Of a stretch of DNA of 64,000 nucleotides, positions 47,914 to 60,746 are shown in pieces; positions within the stretch are counted from its first letter, which is position 1, and each line of letters begins with the position of its first letter. The DNA comes from Klebsormidium nitens (taxonomy: Eukaryota > Plantae > Klebsormidiophyceae), in NCBI GenBank assembly GCA_000708835.1, contig DF237060.1, positions 124,001-188,000 of the forward strand. Reading direction: 5' to 3'. Below the pieces are notes generated by a model that did no database searches, was not told the origin of the DNA, and saw only the letters and a program-made list of their open reading frames with translations. The position numbers and the translations under genes were made by a program.

Positions 47914-50900
47914 ATGGCGTTTCTGAATTGGTTCTTCAAGAAGCCACCAGAGGGACTCGTTCAAGTCTCTGATAGGGTTTATGGTGAGTCTCTCAGGTTG
48001 CTTCATTGCTTTGTGAGAGCATTCACTTGTATCTCCAAATCGGCTTGGAAACCACCACCTGCTGCACAACAGATTGAAAGGGCTTGGTTTAGACGTGTGC
48101 TGGCGCTTAGAGGTAAAACCCTGAAACGTGCTGCTTGCTGCTTATAGTTTAGTCGATATCGCCCCCATCGCTCGACACTACTGAGGATACAATGCCACAC
48201 TGCACATGTCCACTAGCTCTGCTCTTGCTTTCATTGCGTCAGATCTCAGAACTTGACAGAGGCGTTGCAAAGGATTGAAATCGATGCCCGCTGATATTAG
48301 CTTCATTCCGACAAGACAACCAAAGCTTTCTGAGCTGCTTTCCTCGCTTGTCAGTGCTGGTAGGTTTGACCCTTGCTTTTGGGTGATTTGAATCAAGCTG
48401 CGGAGGATTCGTCGCTGGGCATGTTTCTGAAGTGCAAGCGCCGAATGAAGATGCCGGCATATATTCTGGAGTGCCTCTGACTCCAATTCACTCTCTCATT
48501 TCGAAGCAGTCGGTTGTGGGGCATGTATATGCCTGCACCACAGCACTGCTGACTCGCTGTAGTTGCACGGCCGTTGCTCCGCACTTGATTTGCAACAATC
48601 TACAGGTCGGTACACTCATGTGCGGAAGTCCGGACTCTCATAAGTTTGCATCTGGCAAGTTCTTTCTGACCGCTTGGATTCAAAGGTTGACCACTTTGGG
48701 TACTCAACCTGGTCACTTCAATGCTGGACACTCTGAATCTCTTGCAGTATGCTGCAAGTTCACCCTGACATTTGTCTTGAACAGAGTAACTGGTACTTCG
48801 AAACCTCAGCCTTATCGAGAGCCTCTCATTTCCCCCCAGTCTTCAACTCGGTGTTCTCCCTGGACCCCCTCGAGGAGCAGGCCTACACGCGCTACATCGA
48901 GGACACCGCCAAGAAGCTGCGCGGCACTTTCCCAGAAAGCGCGTTCATGGTCTTCAACTTCAAGAAGGACGAGCGCAAGAGCCGGTTCACAGAGCTGCTG
49001 GGGCAACTAGACATGACGGTCATGGACTACCCGTTCCACTACGAGGGCTGCCCTCTCCTCAGCATGGAGATGATCCACCACTTTGTGACAACGTCCGACA
49101 ACTGGCTGAGCGTCGACGTGAACAAGAACCAGATCCTGCTGCACTGCGATTACGGGGGGTGGCCGCTGCTAGTGTTCATCATCTCGTGCTTTCTCATCTT
49201 CCGACACGAGCAGACGGGGGAGACCAAGACACTAGACTTGGTCCAGAGAGAGGCGCCTCGGGGGCTGCTGCAAGAAGTGTCGGCGATCAATTACAGCGCT
49301 TCGCAGGTCCGCTATCTGCAGTACATTTCCAGGCGGAATGTGAAGGCAGATGAGTGGCCGCCAAATGACAAGATTCTGGTGCTGGACTGTTTGATCATGC
49401 GCACGGTGCCGAGCTTCAATGCGGACGGGGGGTGCCGGCCAGTGGTGCGCCTCTATGGAAGGGACCCCCATGGGAGCAGCCAGGCGACCGAGCAGATCTT
49501 TTCAATGGGCAAGAAGAGCCGCTCGACCAAGGCGTACAGCAAGGTCGGTTATCATACTAGCTCGTTTTGCTGGTCGAAGAAAACTTGTCTGACAGTCACC
49601 TTGCAGTTGGAGCCGCATGCGAAAGACCTGTTGTAACACCACTCATGGTACGTTGTTTCCAAGGCTGAACCATGACTACCTCGAGGGAAATACACCGACC
49701 TCCTTCTTAATGTGGAGCGTCCTTATCCGGTGTCACTCCCAAGGATGTTTGAGAGTTGCCAGGTTTCGGGTCAGACTTGTCTCGAAAGTTGCACACCTGT
49801 ATACTGAAGAGACCTTTGTCTGCTGCTACAAACCTCGTCTCTATCGAACTGATTCAAAGTCTTCTCAAAAATGACAACATAAAGTCGTTTCCGAAGTTTC
49901 AAATCTTTGATAATTGGCCCTTGAACAATTTCAAAGTGAAGCAATGGACAGGGATGCGTGCACCTTCGTGCAGAGCTGAGAAAACGCCGTGCCCTTAGAA
50001 GCTTCGTCTTATTCACATCTCGTCAGCACCTGTACATACCTCTCCTGGGGAGATCTGAGCAGGCATCATTTTCCAAACTTCGCACGGTTGCCAGGTAGCC
50101 AGGGTCCCTGTTCCTTACCCCTCTTCTTGGAAAGACATTCTCTCGAACCATGGAACGGTTTCGTCTTACTGCCATGAAGCATTCTCTCTCTAAAGAAAGC
50201 GCTTCATACCGTTTCTCTCTGCAGCGGGACACTGACGTCATCAAGATCGACATCCAGTGTGCGGTGCACGGCGATGTCGTGATGGAGTGCATCCATCTGG
50301 ACCTGGAGTCTGACCGCGAGAAGGAGGAGCTCATGTTCCGGATCGTCTTCAACACGGCCTTCGTGCGGTCCAACCTGCTGATGCTGTCGCGGGATGACAT
50401 CGACATTCCGTGGAACACCAAGGAGCGCTTTGAGAAGGAGTTCAGGGCTGAGGTATGCTGCTGCGGTTAGATCCACAAAACCGAGGATAGGGTTGATCGG
50501 GGTCAGACTGTTTTGTACGAACAGGCTCTCAACATCTCAGCGAAGGGGCACTTTCACGATGGAGTTCAATGCGGAGATAGGACCTCTGCTTCTTGGGTAA
50601 TGCAGGTTTAGGGCAGGCTTTAGAAGGGTGTTTGCAAGGGCCGCCTCAGGAAGTGCCTGATTGAGCAGTGCGTAGATCGTTAGAAGCAGGCAATCACCTC
50701 AGCTGGAAGTGTAGAAAGTATGCGACAGTGCGTGCGTCTGAAAAGCGCCACCAGGTCACAATCTATCCTTTCATTGGCTAGATCGTCCAAGCCCCAAGCC
50801 TTGTTGCGGCGGTACATAGACTGGCAATGAAGGACACAGCTATCTCCTCTTTCAGGGGTTCAGTTGTTCTTTCAGGCGCAGTTGTTTGTCGTTACATGGC

Positions 50901-53900
50901 AGTGAAACGGAGGAAATGACCAGGTGGGAGGGAAAGTGGATTACAACGGAGGGGGAAGCCTTGACTAGTGCAAACTCCTTTCACAGATCCTGTCTTTCCC
51001 TGCAAAAGCAGTTCTGACACGCCACAATCAAGACGGACAAAACCAAGAGCTATAAATAAGCAATTACATTATGTGACTGTCTCTATTCAATGTCAAGAGA
51101 CCCATACACGTGCCCCTTGCAGGCCCTGTTCGGCAACCCCGAGACGTTCCAGTACCACGAGCCCGTGCACCGCTCGTCCATGTTCGGTGACCGCGACGAC
51201 GAGTCGGTCAGCTCGGACCTCGTCCCGACCTCCCCCCCTTCCACCTCCGACTCCCCGCGCCGCGCCTTCGCGCGGGTCCACTCCGCAGAGACCCTCTCCG
51301 AGTACGAAAACGGCGTCAGCAAGTTCACGATCTACGGCTCCTCCCCCGACCTCGCCTCACAGGGCCTTTCTCCAATGTCGTCAAACGCCAGCCAGGGTTT
51401 CTCGCAGCCGTCGCCCCCGGGTTCCGCGCGCCAGAGCACCTCCGGCCAAAAGCTGTCGAGTCCGCTGCCCCCGCTCGCCCCGCACCCGAGACCCCCTCCG
51501 CCGCCCCCCCTGAAATTGGGAGGCCCCCCTCCGCCTCCCCCCCCTCCGCGACCAATTTCGAGCTCAGCGCCCCCACCCCCTCCGCCCCCACCCCGACCAC
51601 CGTCCGCCTCCGCGCCTCCCCCCCTCCCCCTCCGCCTCTNNNNNNNNNNNNNNNNNNNNCCGACCACCGTCCGCCTCCGCCGCCTCCCCCCCTCCCCCTC
51701 CGCCTCTTCTCCGGGGTCCTCCACACCCCCACCTCCCCACCCCGCCCCTCCGCTCCTGGCGGCCCCCCGCACCTCCGCCTCCACCCCCCCGCCTCCTGGA
51801 GCAGCCCGTGGGGGTCCGCCGCCCCCTCCCTGCCCCCCCCTGGAAGAGCAAGTGGCGGTCCGCCTCTGCCGCCTCCCCCCCGAGGCAGAGGAGGTGGGCC
51901 CCCACCGCCGCCCCCGCCCCCCGGGGGGTCGAGGAGGACCGCCACCACCGCCGCCACCACCGGGGGGACGAGGAGGCCCGCCTCCACCCCCTCCTCCACC
52001 AGGTAAACCTGACGTTCAAGTAGACCCCTGCTGATTGGATCAAAGCGCCATCCAACCCGCTTTGTGAGGGTTGCAGCATTCGCAGGCAGGCTTCCCTTTC
52101 TTGGCTTTAAATTTGAGTCTTGGCCTGCTTAGTCCTCAGGGGCATGTTTGGAGGACTTGGTTCGTGTACCTCGACCAGTGTGAATCTAGCAAGCACCACG
52201 TGACGCTAGTGTGCTCGGGTCTTGCAGGCGGTCGAGGCGGCCCACCTCCTCCTCCGCCACCACCCGGTAAGAAACGTGTGCACTCTTCGTGCGCGTTGTT
52301 CGTCTTTGTCTGCTTCCGACCTTGACTTCATGAGAATTGTTCGGCCTGCAGGGAGGTTCTTACTGCTTGCACTCCCACCGTTCACGAGGCGCCTCTTTTC
52401 TTGTACGCTTTTCCAAGCCTAAGAGTAGCATACGAACAAGACGCGATTCTCTGTGCAGGCGGCAGAGGCGGCCCGCGCCCTCCTCCCCCACCCCCCGGCG
52501 GCAGAGGCGGCCCCCGGGCCCCCCCTCCACCGGGCGGCAGAGGTCGGGGCGCTCCCCCACCCCCTCCAGGGGGTGCACTCCGCCCTCCCATGGTTCGCCC
52601 TGTCGTGCCAGAAAAGCCCGCGAAGCCCCTGAAACCCCTCCACTGGCAGAAGATCGTGCGGCCGATGGAGGGATCCCTCTGGGCTGCCGCGCAGGAAGAC
52701 GAGCAGCGGCCGGAGATCGACGTGGACGAACTGCAGTCGCTGTTTGCGATGGCGGCGCCGGCTAAGCCCGCGGCGGCGGCCGAGCGGAAGGGGGTGGAGG
52801 CCAAGCCGCAGAGGGTCAATCTCGTGAGTTGGGAGCTGCAACGAGAGGGCAAACATCTTGCGTTCGCAAGAACTCGTGTATCTAGCTTGGCTGTCTCAGA
52901 GTGGTCCAAATCGGGACTGAGGGACTTGTCATTTCTTTGGGCGTTGGTCATTTGATTATTTCAAATAGACTCTTGTACCGGACCACTGAGGCTCAAAGTT
53001 AGAGCCGTCTCAGCAAGTCAGCTGCTTCCCTGATCAATTTGTTTCTGTGCAGATTGACTTGCGGAGGGCGAACAATTGCGAGATCATGCTTACGAAAGTC
53101 AAGATGCCGCTGCCCGAAATGCTCGTAAGTGGCTGGCGTCTTTGAAAAGGAATCCCACACGCTTCCGCAGACCCACTTCTTTGTGATCGTGCAAGCCGCC
53201 GTTGAAAGTGTTCATTTCGTTGCAACCGACTCTTCCATGCTTCTCACGGTCTGCTGCAGAAACTACTGCATCTGATGCTGTCGAACAACCACGTCAGGAG
53301 CAAAATCGACGAGCATTTGCAAGGATCATTTCGTCCTCATGATTTGACCCTATTTGTCCTCCTACTCTGCAATAGACATGCTTCATTCCTGAGTGTCTGA
53401 CGCAACAGTTGCTGAGATATGCGTCAACTGAGCCTGTTGACACTCATTGCTACAGGCTGCCATCCTAAGGCTGGACGACAAGTCGCTGGATACGGACACG
53501 GTCGAGAACCTGATCAAGTTCTGCCCCACCAAGGAGGAAGCGGACACGCTCAGGGCTTATGACGGGGACAAAAGCCTGCTGGGGAAGTGCGAACAGGTAG
53601 GGCCCCTTCTGTGTGACCACCAGCAAACAAATCAAATCATTCATGGCGTTGTATAAGCCACGGAAGCGGCCAGCCAAATCTTCCGTGAGCTCGGGAGTCT
53701 AGCGCATCGTCGGGGGCCTTTCTGCCTTTGGCTGCGCCCGTCCTTCAGCGGCCGTGACAGTCACGTTTGTTTATGAAGCTTCCCTTAGCGGTACTCAATC
53801 AGATACCTTTCTCAGGGTTTCGTTCGACCAAATGGTTGAGCTTTTACACGTACTTTCTTCAAATTGAGCAGGTTACAGAGTCATCTTTCGAGAGAACAGG

Positions 53901-56900
53901 GAAGGCGAAGCAGTAGGGAGAATTCCGATTTGCCGCTCAAGACTTGCGACGCTGACACTGCTCCCTCGATTTGCGCAGTTCTTTTTGGAGCTCATGAGCG
54001 TGCCCCGTATCGAAGCCAAGCTGCGCGTTTTCAGCTTCAAGATTGAGTTCAACGCCCAGGTGGAGGAGCTCAAGAAGACGCTCACGCTCATCATCAGCGC
54101 AGCAAAGGAGGTGGGTTTCCCGCAGAAGAGGCCAAGCCTTGATGAAACCGGTCTGAGTATGCCGTTGTCGTACGTTCTCAAGTTTGCCCTGGGATGCACC
54201 TGTTGTCTGTCATCAAGTGGTTGGAATCAAGCGATTTTGTGGCGTGGAATGTGATCCATAGTCGAATTGTATCTCGCTGCTGGCACTTTCTCGACCTTTT
54301 CGGGCGTGGCAGACCTGACTTTTTCTTTAGAAAGCATTAGCACCCAAAGGCCGCTTTTCCGTAAGCACTTGGCAAACTCGGCTCGACCCATCCCCTCAGA
54401 AAGCTTGGCCGTCTTCGTTTCACTCTATATTATTTACGAGGAAGGAGCTTGTCCTCCCCGTATACCGACAATCCGATCGTCCTCTACTTACTCAAACCCG
54501 CTCCTCGCTGCATGCAGGTCCGTGAATCGGAGACGCTGAAGCATTTTCGCTCTTATTAGTGCAGGGGAAAGGGGTATTTTGGTCTTTTACCCGAAAATGT
54601 CTTCCGTCCTCGAGTTTGCTCATCTCTCTCCCACACCTGCAGGTCCGCGAGTCGGAGACGCTGACGCGCGTGATGCGTCAGGTGCTGGAGCTGGGGAACA
54701 TCATCAACCAGGGGACGGCGCGCGGGGGCGCCAAGGCGTTCAAGCTGGACAGCTTGTCCAAGCTGGGGGACGTGCGGGCCGTCAACAACAAGATGACGCT
54801 CATGCACTACCTGGGGAAGGTGCGCCGCTGGCCCCCACCATCGAATGCTGTCTGCTTTCGCTCTGCTGTTGCTTCAATCACGTTTGCGTTTCAAAGCTTG
54901 TGTTGGCATTTTCTTTTCAGAAAGATAGCAGTAAGTCGCTGCATCATTCGGAGACATCCTCATATTGTGCTCCACCTGTGACTTCCACATCTATTTCGCA
55001 CGGCAATTGGATGACCCCCACCTAGTTGCCCTGCTGCAATGTCGATGCAGATTACAGCTATGCGGAAAGTGCTTGAGTGCTGATGTTCGAAGTTTTTTAG
55101 TGGCTGAACTAGCTGTCGTTCCAATCAGTCTCAAACTGAAATTCGTTTACAAGTCGTCTGGGCTTGGTCAGGTACCCGTGCCAAAAGTTTGTCAACACTG
55201 TGAAAGTTGTTTCTTGTCGCACGACGATCTCTGTAGAAACAGGCGCTTCCTTGTCTGCCTTCCGCAGACCTTGCAAAAGATGCCCGACCTGGCGGAGTTC
55301 TACAAGGAGCTGTATCCTTTTGACAACTTTCTGTCTTACCAACATCCACACACGGAGTACTCCTAACATCATCAGAACCAAACACGGAAAGTTGTCCAAT
55401 ATTGAAACACGCAAAACAATGACTCGATCTTTTCCTCGTAACAGACTTTGCAAAAGATGCCCGACCTGGCCGAGTTCTACAAGGAGCTGTCCCACCTGGA
55501 GCCTGCGTCCAAGGTGCAGCTGAAAGCGCTTCTGGACGAGCGGCAAGCCGTGCTCAAGGGCCTCGAGAAAGTGGAGGCGGAGCTGGCGGCCGCTGAGAAT
55601 GACGGGCCCGCCAGCGAGGCGTTCTCAAAGGTAGGCTTCCGGCTGAAAATTGGCATACCTTTGTTTGTTTGGTGCTGGTTTCGACATGCTGTGCTGATTA
55701 CTGTGCCAGAAGTTGCAGATTTGATGCTGGACGACGAACAATTGCGAAAGTATATGAGTCCCGCACGTTGGGTCTGATCCACTCAGACCGGCACAGCTGG
55801 CGTAGAATGCACTTTAACGAGCAGTCGCGGAGTGTCGGGTCGAAGTGAACCACCTGTTGGGGGGTCTGACTGCCATTTGGTCACAAAAGCTTCAGGAGCG
55901 TGAAGAGTGTGTGAGGAGTGCATAGTGTTCAAGAAAGACCGTGCTTCAAGTGTTGGAGGTCGCTCTTCTCGCAGGTTTTGCGGGAGTTCTATGACGGAGC
56001 CAAGGGGGAGGAAGAGAAGCTGAACGAGCTCTACAGGGAGATGGTATGTGGCAGGGTCCCGCCAGTCTCACAATGCATGCTGCCCGTATGCGACCCGTAT
56101 CCTTTGTTTGGAAGCTCTCCCCCTGAAAGCGTTCGTTGGTGCCATGCATTCCCCAAGATGTAGCTTCTCGCTTTGCGTTCTAGCTCCTCGAGCGGTCAAT
56201 ATGCTTTTGCTCTGCCTTGTCCGTGCGCACTGTTGAAACTGTCGTGAAGAGGTCAGGGCTAATCAAAGCAGGAGTGCAAAACAGCCTCTGTGAATTCTTT
56301 GCAGGATAAGACGGCAGACTTGGTTGTTAGGTACTTTGGGGAGGACCCGACGAGAAAGCCGTTCGAAGATGGTAAGCCACAAACAATTGCGCATAGAAAG
56401 ATGTGAAAGGAGACTCATCATTGACGCAGTCCGGAACGTAGGTGTCTTCTAAGTAATGCATGTACCAAGCGCTGTCTACCGAGTTATGTCTACTGCTCTC
56501 TTTCATCACGCCCTTTTATGGGCACAGGACTCTGTAAAGCGCAACTGTGAATGTTAAGAAGGGCTGCAAATCATTGGGTAACAATCTGCGGGGGGTTTAG
56601 ACATGTCAGCTGAAGAGGGCATAAGTGGGTTGTAGAATCTCTGCATCAATCTCGAAAACGGCTGGCAAACATGGATGTCAGAATTATATTATCCCTCGTG
56701 CAGTGTGCAAGGTGCTGGTCGACTTCATGAACAACTACCAGAAGGCCGTGGAGGACAACAAGGCTCAGGAAGAGGCGGAGAAGAAGAAGAAAGAAAAGGA
56801 GGAAAAGGAGCGGGCGGAGAAGGAGCGGCATGGGAAGAACAAGGCCGACGTGCCACCGTCACCAAGTAAGCTTGCGACTCGCTAAGCTCGCCACTCGCCT

Positions 56901-58322
56901 CTCGCCACTTGTGGGCAGTTGGGTGCGGAGGATTTCCCGGTTAACAGGAGCAGTTATTGACAAATCTGGTCTTGAGGAATGCGGAGCAGCCCCATGCGAA
57001 GCTGAGGGATAATGCAAAGTCGTGCAATACTTGGAAGTGTTTTGTAGCGCGGAGCACCAGATTTGAGTTTGGATGGACGGTACAGACGTGCCGCTCAGGT
57101 GGAGGGGTTTGTTATTCTCTTGGGGGTTTGTCCTACATTGAAGTCAGCGTCTCACATGCGTAAAGTTGCACAGACGCTTCGCTTTGCTCCGCTTGGGTTT
57201 ACTTCGATACACTGCTTGCATTAGATAATAGTCTGACTGACCAGTCTTGTTTCTCTTGTTTTTGCAGATAAGCCAACTCTGACCTTCAAAAGCTCCTCTC
57301 CCCCGGCCCTCACGGGCAGCCCTTCCCGGCGGCGCACCGCAGGCGACGAGCCCCTCGACGAGCCCGCCGCGAGCGAAGCCCCCAAGGTCCCGCGCTTCTT
57401 GCAAAACATGAAGAACCTCGACCGCGGCAGCAAGCCGTTCAAAATGCTCGATGTCGACGTGTCACAACTAGGGCGCGGGCGCGCCGCGCTGCGCAAGAGC
57501 TCGGACGAGGGCAAACCGGCGGCCGCGAGCGAAGCGGAGAAGCTGAAGAAGAAGGTTGGATTTGGGAGCACGTTTGCGGTGCGAGGCGAGGCGGATCCGC
57601 GCAACGGGGCGGAAAAGAAGGGGGAAGATCAGCCGAAGGAGGAGACGAGTGGGGCTGGGAAAAGCGGGACGAACAGTACTTCGGAGGGCACGGAAAAAGA
57701 AGGAGAGAGCGCGGGGCGTACTGTTGGAACGGGAGAGCCGCCTGTGGAGTCGGTACCGCGGCCGGAGAAACCGAAGTCGCGGCGGACGAGCTTCCCGTCC
57801 GGGAATAAGCCGACGCAGAACGACGGTACGGTTTTGGGCACCGAGGGGCCCGGCGAAGCGAACGGGAAGACGGAGAACGGGCGGCTGGAGGAACTAGACC
57901 TGGGGACGCCGATGAAGGATCTGATGGTGCGCGTGCGGCGGAAGAGCGGGGAGTTCGTGCGGGACGGGGAGGGATCCCCCTCATCACCGCAGGGGCTGGC
58001 CGAGCGGCGGAAAGTGTCGACGCCCAAGTCGCTTGACTTTCGGGAGCGGCTTGCGGTGCGGCGCGCGGGGTTGTCGAGCCCCCGGGAGACCGCGAGCCCC
58101 AGTCCGAGCTCGGATCGGGTCCGTAGAACGTCCGGAAGCCCCGGCAGCGTCAGGAGTTCGGACAGTCCGCTGGGGAAGGCTATGGACGGCGCCGAGACAG
58201 AAGAGGAAACGCGGAATGGGGAGACGGAAGAGGGGCAACGGAACGGAGAGACGGAACAGGGAAGCGGAGCGAAGCTACTGCAGAACACGACGCTGGAAAC
58301 AGGCGATGATAAGACTAAATGA
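47914..58322 (+). CDS. Class II formin (PTEN-like/C2, FH1, FH2) with long C-terminal extension
   Basis: MAFLNWFFKKPPEGLVQVSDRVY (47914-47983); PTEN-like exon 48840-49543 (MDYPFHYEGCPLL..SQVRYLQYISRR); C2 exon 50225-50451 (FRIVFNTAFVRSN); poly-Pro FH1 51124-52590; FH2 exons (KPLKPLHWQK, IDLRRANNCEIML, LIKFCPTKEE, VLELGNIINQGTARG..FKLDSLSKL, YFGEDP); last exon 57268-58322. Confidence 0.95.
51640..51659. other. Assembly gap (20 N) inside the FH1 poly-proline exon
   Basis: Run of N. The flanks share ccgaccaccgtccgcctccgc, suggesting collapse or overlap. Confidence 1.
54513..55490 (+). repeat. Two acceptor-plus-exon-start duplications in formin introns
   Basis: tgcag|gtccgtgaatcggagacgctga (54513) precedes the real gcag|gtccgcgagtcggagacgctga (exon at 54643). 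cag|accttgcaaaagatgcccgacctggcggagttctacaaggagctg (55268) precedes the real exon at 55445. Both upstream copies run into in-frame stops. Confidence 0.9.
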
Positions 58323-60184
58323 TGTTTGCGTCGTGTGAGATTTCGTCGGAAGGGTTAGAGAACAGCTAGTGTCCGGCAGCTGGCATACTAGTAGCGACTA
58401 TGTGCAGCATGCTGCCGCGCAGAGACTTCCTGCAATGAGCGCACAGATTTGTACCTCCAATCAACGGCCGAGACGTTGGCGTTTCGATGGGAAGAGGCGG
58501 GAGGATGGATGCGAGAGGCGCTCGCGAACTTGAGTGGGAAATGGTATGGAGGCAGGACGACTCCTAGCTTTCAGGGAAGGTAACAGGTACGCGGCTACAG
58601 TATTCCAGTCCTTTCGAGTGTGTTGATCGAGTGAGTGGCTCAAGGGTATGTCAGGCAACGGACTTGAAGCTTCTTGCGCTGCTGGCGGACTACAGATCAG
58701 AGTATTATTGTCTATGGACTTTGCCCTTGAAGTCCGCGCGACTCAAAGGCGATCTTAGTCGTCCCTTTTTGCTGCGCGAATGCTGCAGAAGGCTTACATG
58801 CTCCAAGGATTTCTCGTGAAGTCAATTTGAAAATGAAACCACTCTGGCGCTTTGGGCATGCAGCAGGCGTCCTGTGATAGAATGCCAGACAGTTCTATGT
58901 CACTGTGATAGAGCGCCTCTCGATTGAGTCCCCACGAGTGGCGATTAACCCAGTTGACATATCAAAGCTGGGCTGCTTTTCAGCGGTCCCGCATGCACTG
59001 TTTGAGGCAGAGCTGCGACAGGCATCGCTCTCATGCCTCGAAGTGTTCAAGCACAAGCAAACTCTGCTGATTCGTTTGTGCCAACAGTGCAAACATATGG
59101 TCACTAAATGGATGGCCGGTATCCAATCTCGAAAGTAAGCCATCACCAAATTTTACGTCGCTTCTTGCAGGAACACAACGAGAACCGAGCGTGATGATGG
59201 CATCCCCTTGCTTGTACATTGATCTGCGGTCAAGGAACTCTTAAAAACAAGCAGTTTTTGTCTTGAGGCGCTTCTCAACACGAATGTAATACTGTCGTTG
59301 CCAAAACGGTGCCTTCTAAAGCATGTATGTCCGGTCAATCAGCACACTCAGAAGCTCGGTTACTAGGCTGTGGCAGAAGTAAACAGCCAAGTGCGGATAC
59401 ACGATGTCTGCCTGCTTTTGTTTGCCATGCGAAGTCTTGTTTACATCTTTTAGTATCACATGGGTGCACCTCGGTGGAGACAATCCGCCCTCGGAAGATA
59501 GGGTGCATGGTTCATATATTTTGGTCGTAGTTCCATCATCATTGCTTCGCTCATAAAACCTACATGATATGAATACTTTGATCACATTGAGAGGCATGAA
59601 AAATACGTATGTTGATGCGATTGAAAACTTAATTCCATGCAGCAAGGTTTTGTCAGACTGGATGGTGTCATGCCGTATTTATGTCCGGTTGAGTTACTAG
59701 TTACTGTTAAGTCACTGTGTAACTAGAGTGAGGACATAAATGCAGAAATTTAATATTGCAGGAGGTTGCACCTAGTCTAGGGACAGGACATGACCACTAG
59801 GGAAAGAATGAAGCTTCATGCTTCATTCTTTCTTCTGTTCATTCAGAGGCTTTGCAAGGGTGTTCTACGGTGGTCCCTGAGAGCTTTGCAATGGCCTGAA
59901 GGAAGTCTCATGCAACGGTGTAATGGCGGCATAATGTGAGTCATGTGCTTTGGTCACACTCATGGTCCTTCTGTGAAGCGTGGACGTGGCGCAGGATATT
60001 CACAGAAGAAAGAATCAAGGGACATGTTGGGTGTAGGCCGGAGGTGGGGATCAGAGACTGCGTAGCGTTACGCAAGGTTGCTCTAGTGAAGAGCTGTTTT
60101 AGTGCGGCGGCCTGTGAGGCAGCCTGGGGAGCAGCCTGTGAGGCTGGGGCGCAGGGGTAGACTGCGTGTTTAGGGCAGGGGTGG

Positions 60185-60720
60185 CAGTGTTCCACCGTTG
60201 TCAGATCGGGGCAAGGGCACTGGGCCTTAGTCGCTGAGGTGCACCAGGAAGGCAGGGCGCTCGGTCTTGATCTAAGGCTAGGGGCGCTCTCGCTGATAGG
60301 TATTAGGGGGGGCTGCGTGCGTTGTAAAGCCTCCGGGCTAAATCCTGGCGGCGGGAGACCGTGCCTGCCGGGGCCCAGCACTGAGCTCGATTATTCGAGA
60401 AGTGTTGGTCGCCACGTAAGCCTTGTGGAGTTCCCCCTTTGCTTTGGCCTGGTAGCATAGCTGTTGGCAACGGTAGTGCGAGCAGTGCTCTGTAGCCAGC
60501 GAGTCGCAGTAGGAGGCAGGCCACTCGGCCTTATCTAAGGCTAGGGGTGGTCTCGCTGATCGGTATTTTGTGGGGGGCTGCACACGCGTAAAGGGTTTCG
60601 GCCCATCGCTCAGCGGCGGGAGACCGTGCCTGCTGGGCACCAGTGCTGAGCTTGATTATTCAAGAAGCACTGGTTGCGTGTGTTAAGCCTTACGGAGTTC
60701 CCCCGTTGCCGTGACCTAGA
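60185..60720. repeat. Two diverged ~265 bp direct repeats
   Basis: Anchors: atctaaggctagggg (60270/60533), cggcgggagaccgtgcctgc (60349/60614), gagttcccc (60428/60695). Confidence 0.85.
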
Positions 60721-60746
60721 AGCACAGCTTGCGGTGACAGTAGTGC

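Noticed and set aside
51660-51930. Apparent frameshifts in the formin FH1 exon (e.g. LEEQVAVRLCRL reading)
   Set aside because: Poly-Pro frames switch within C homopolymer runs next to an N gap and compensate overall. Best explained by sequencing or assembly error, not recoding.
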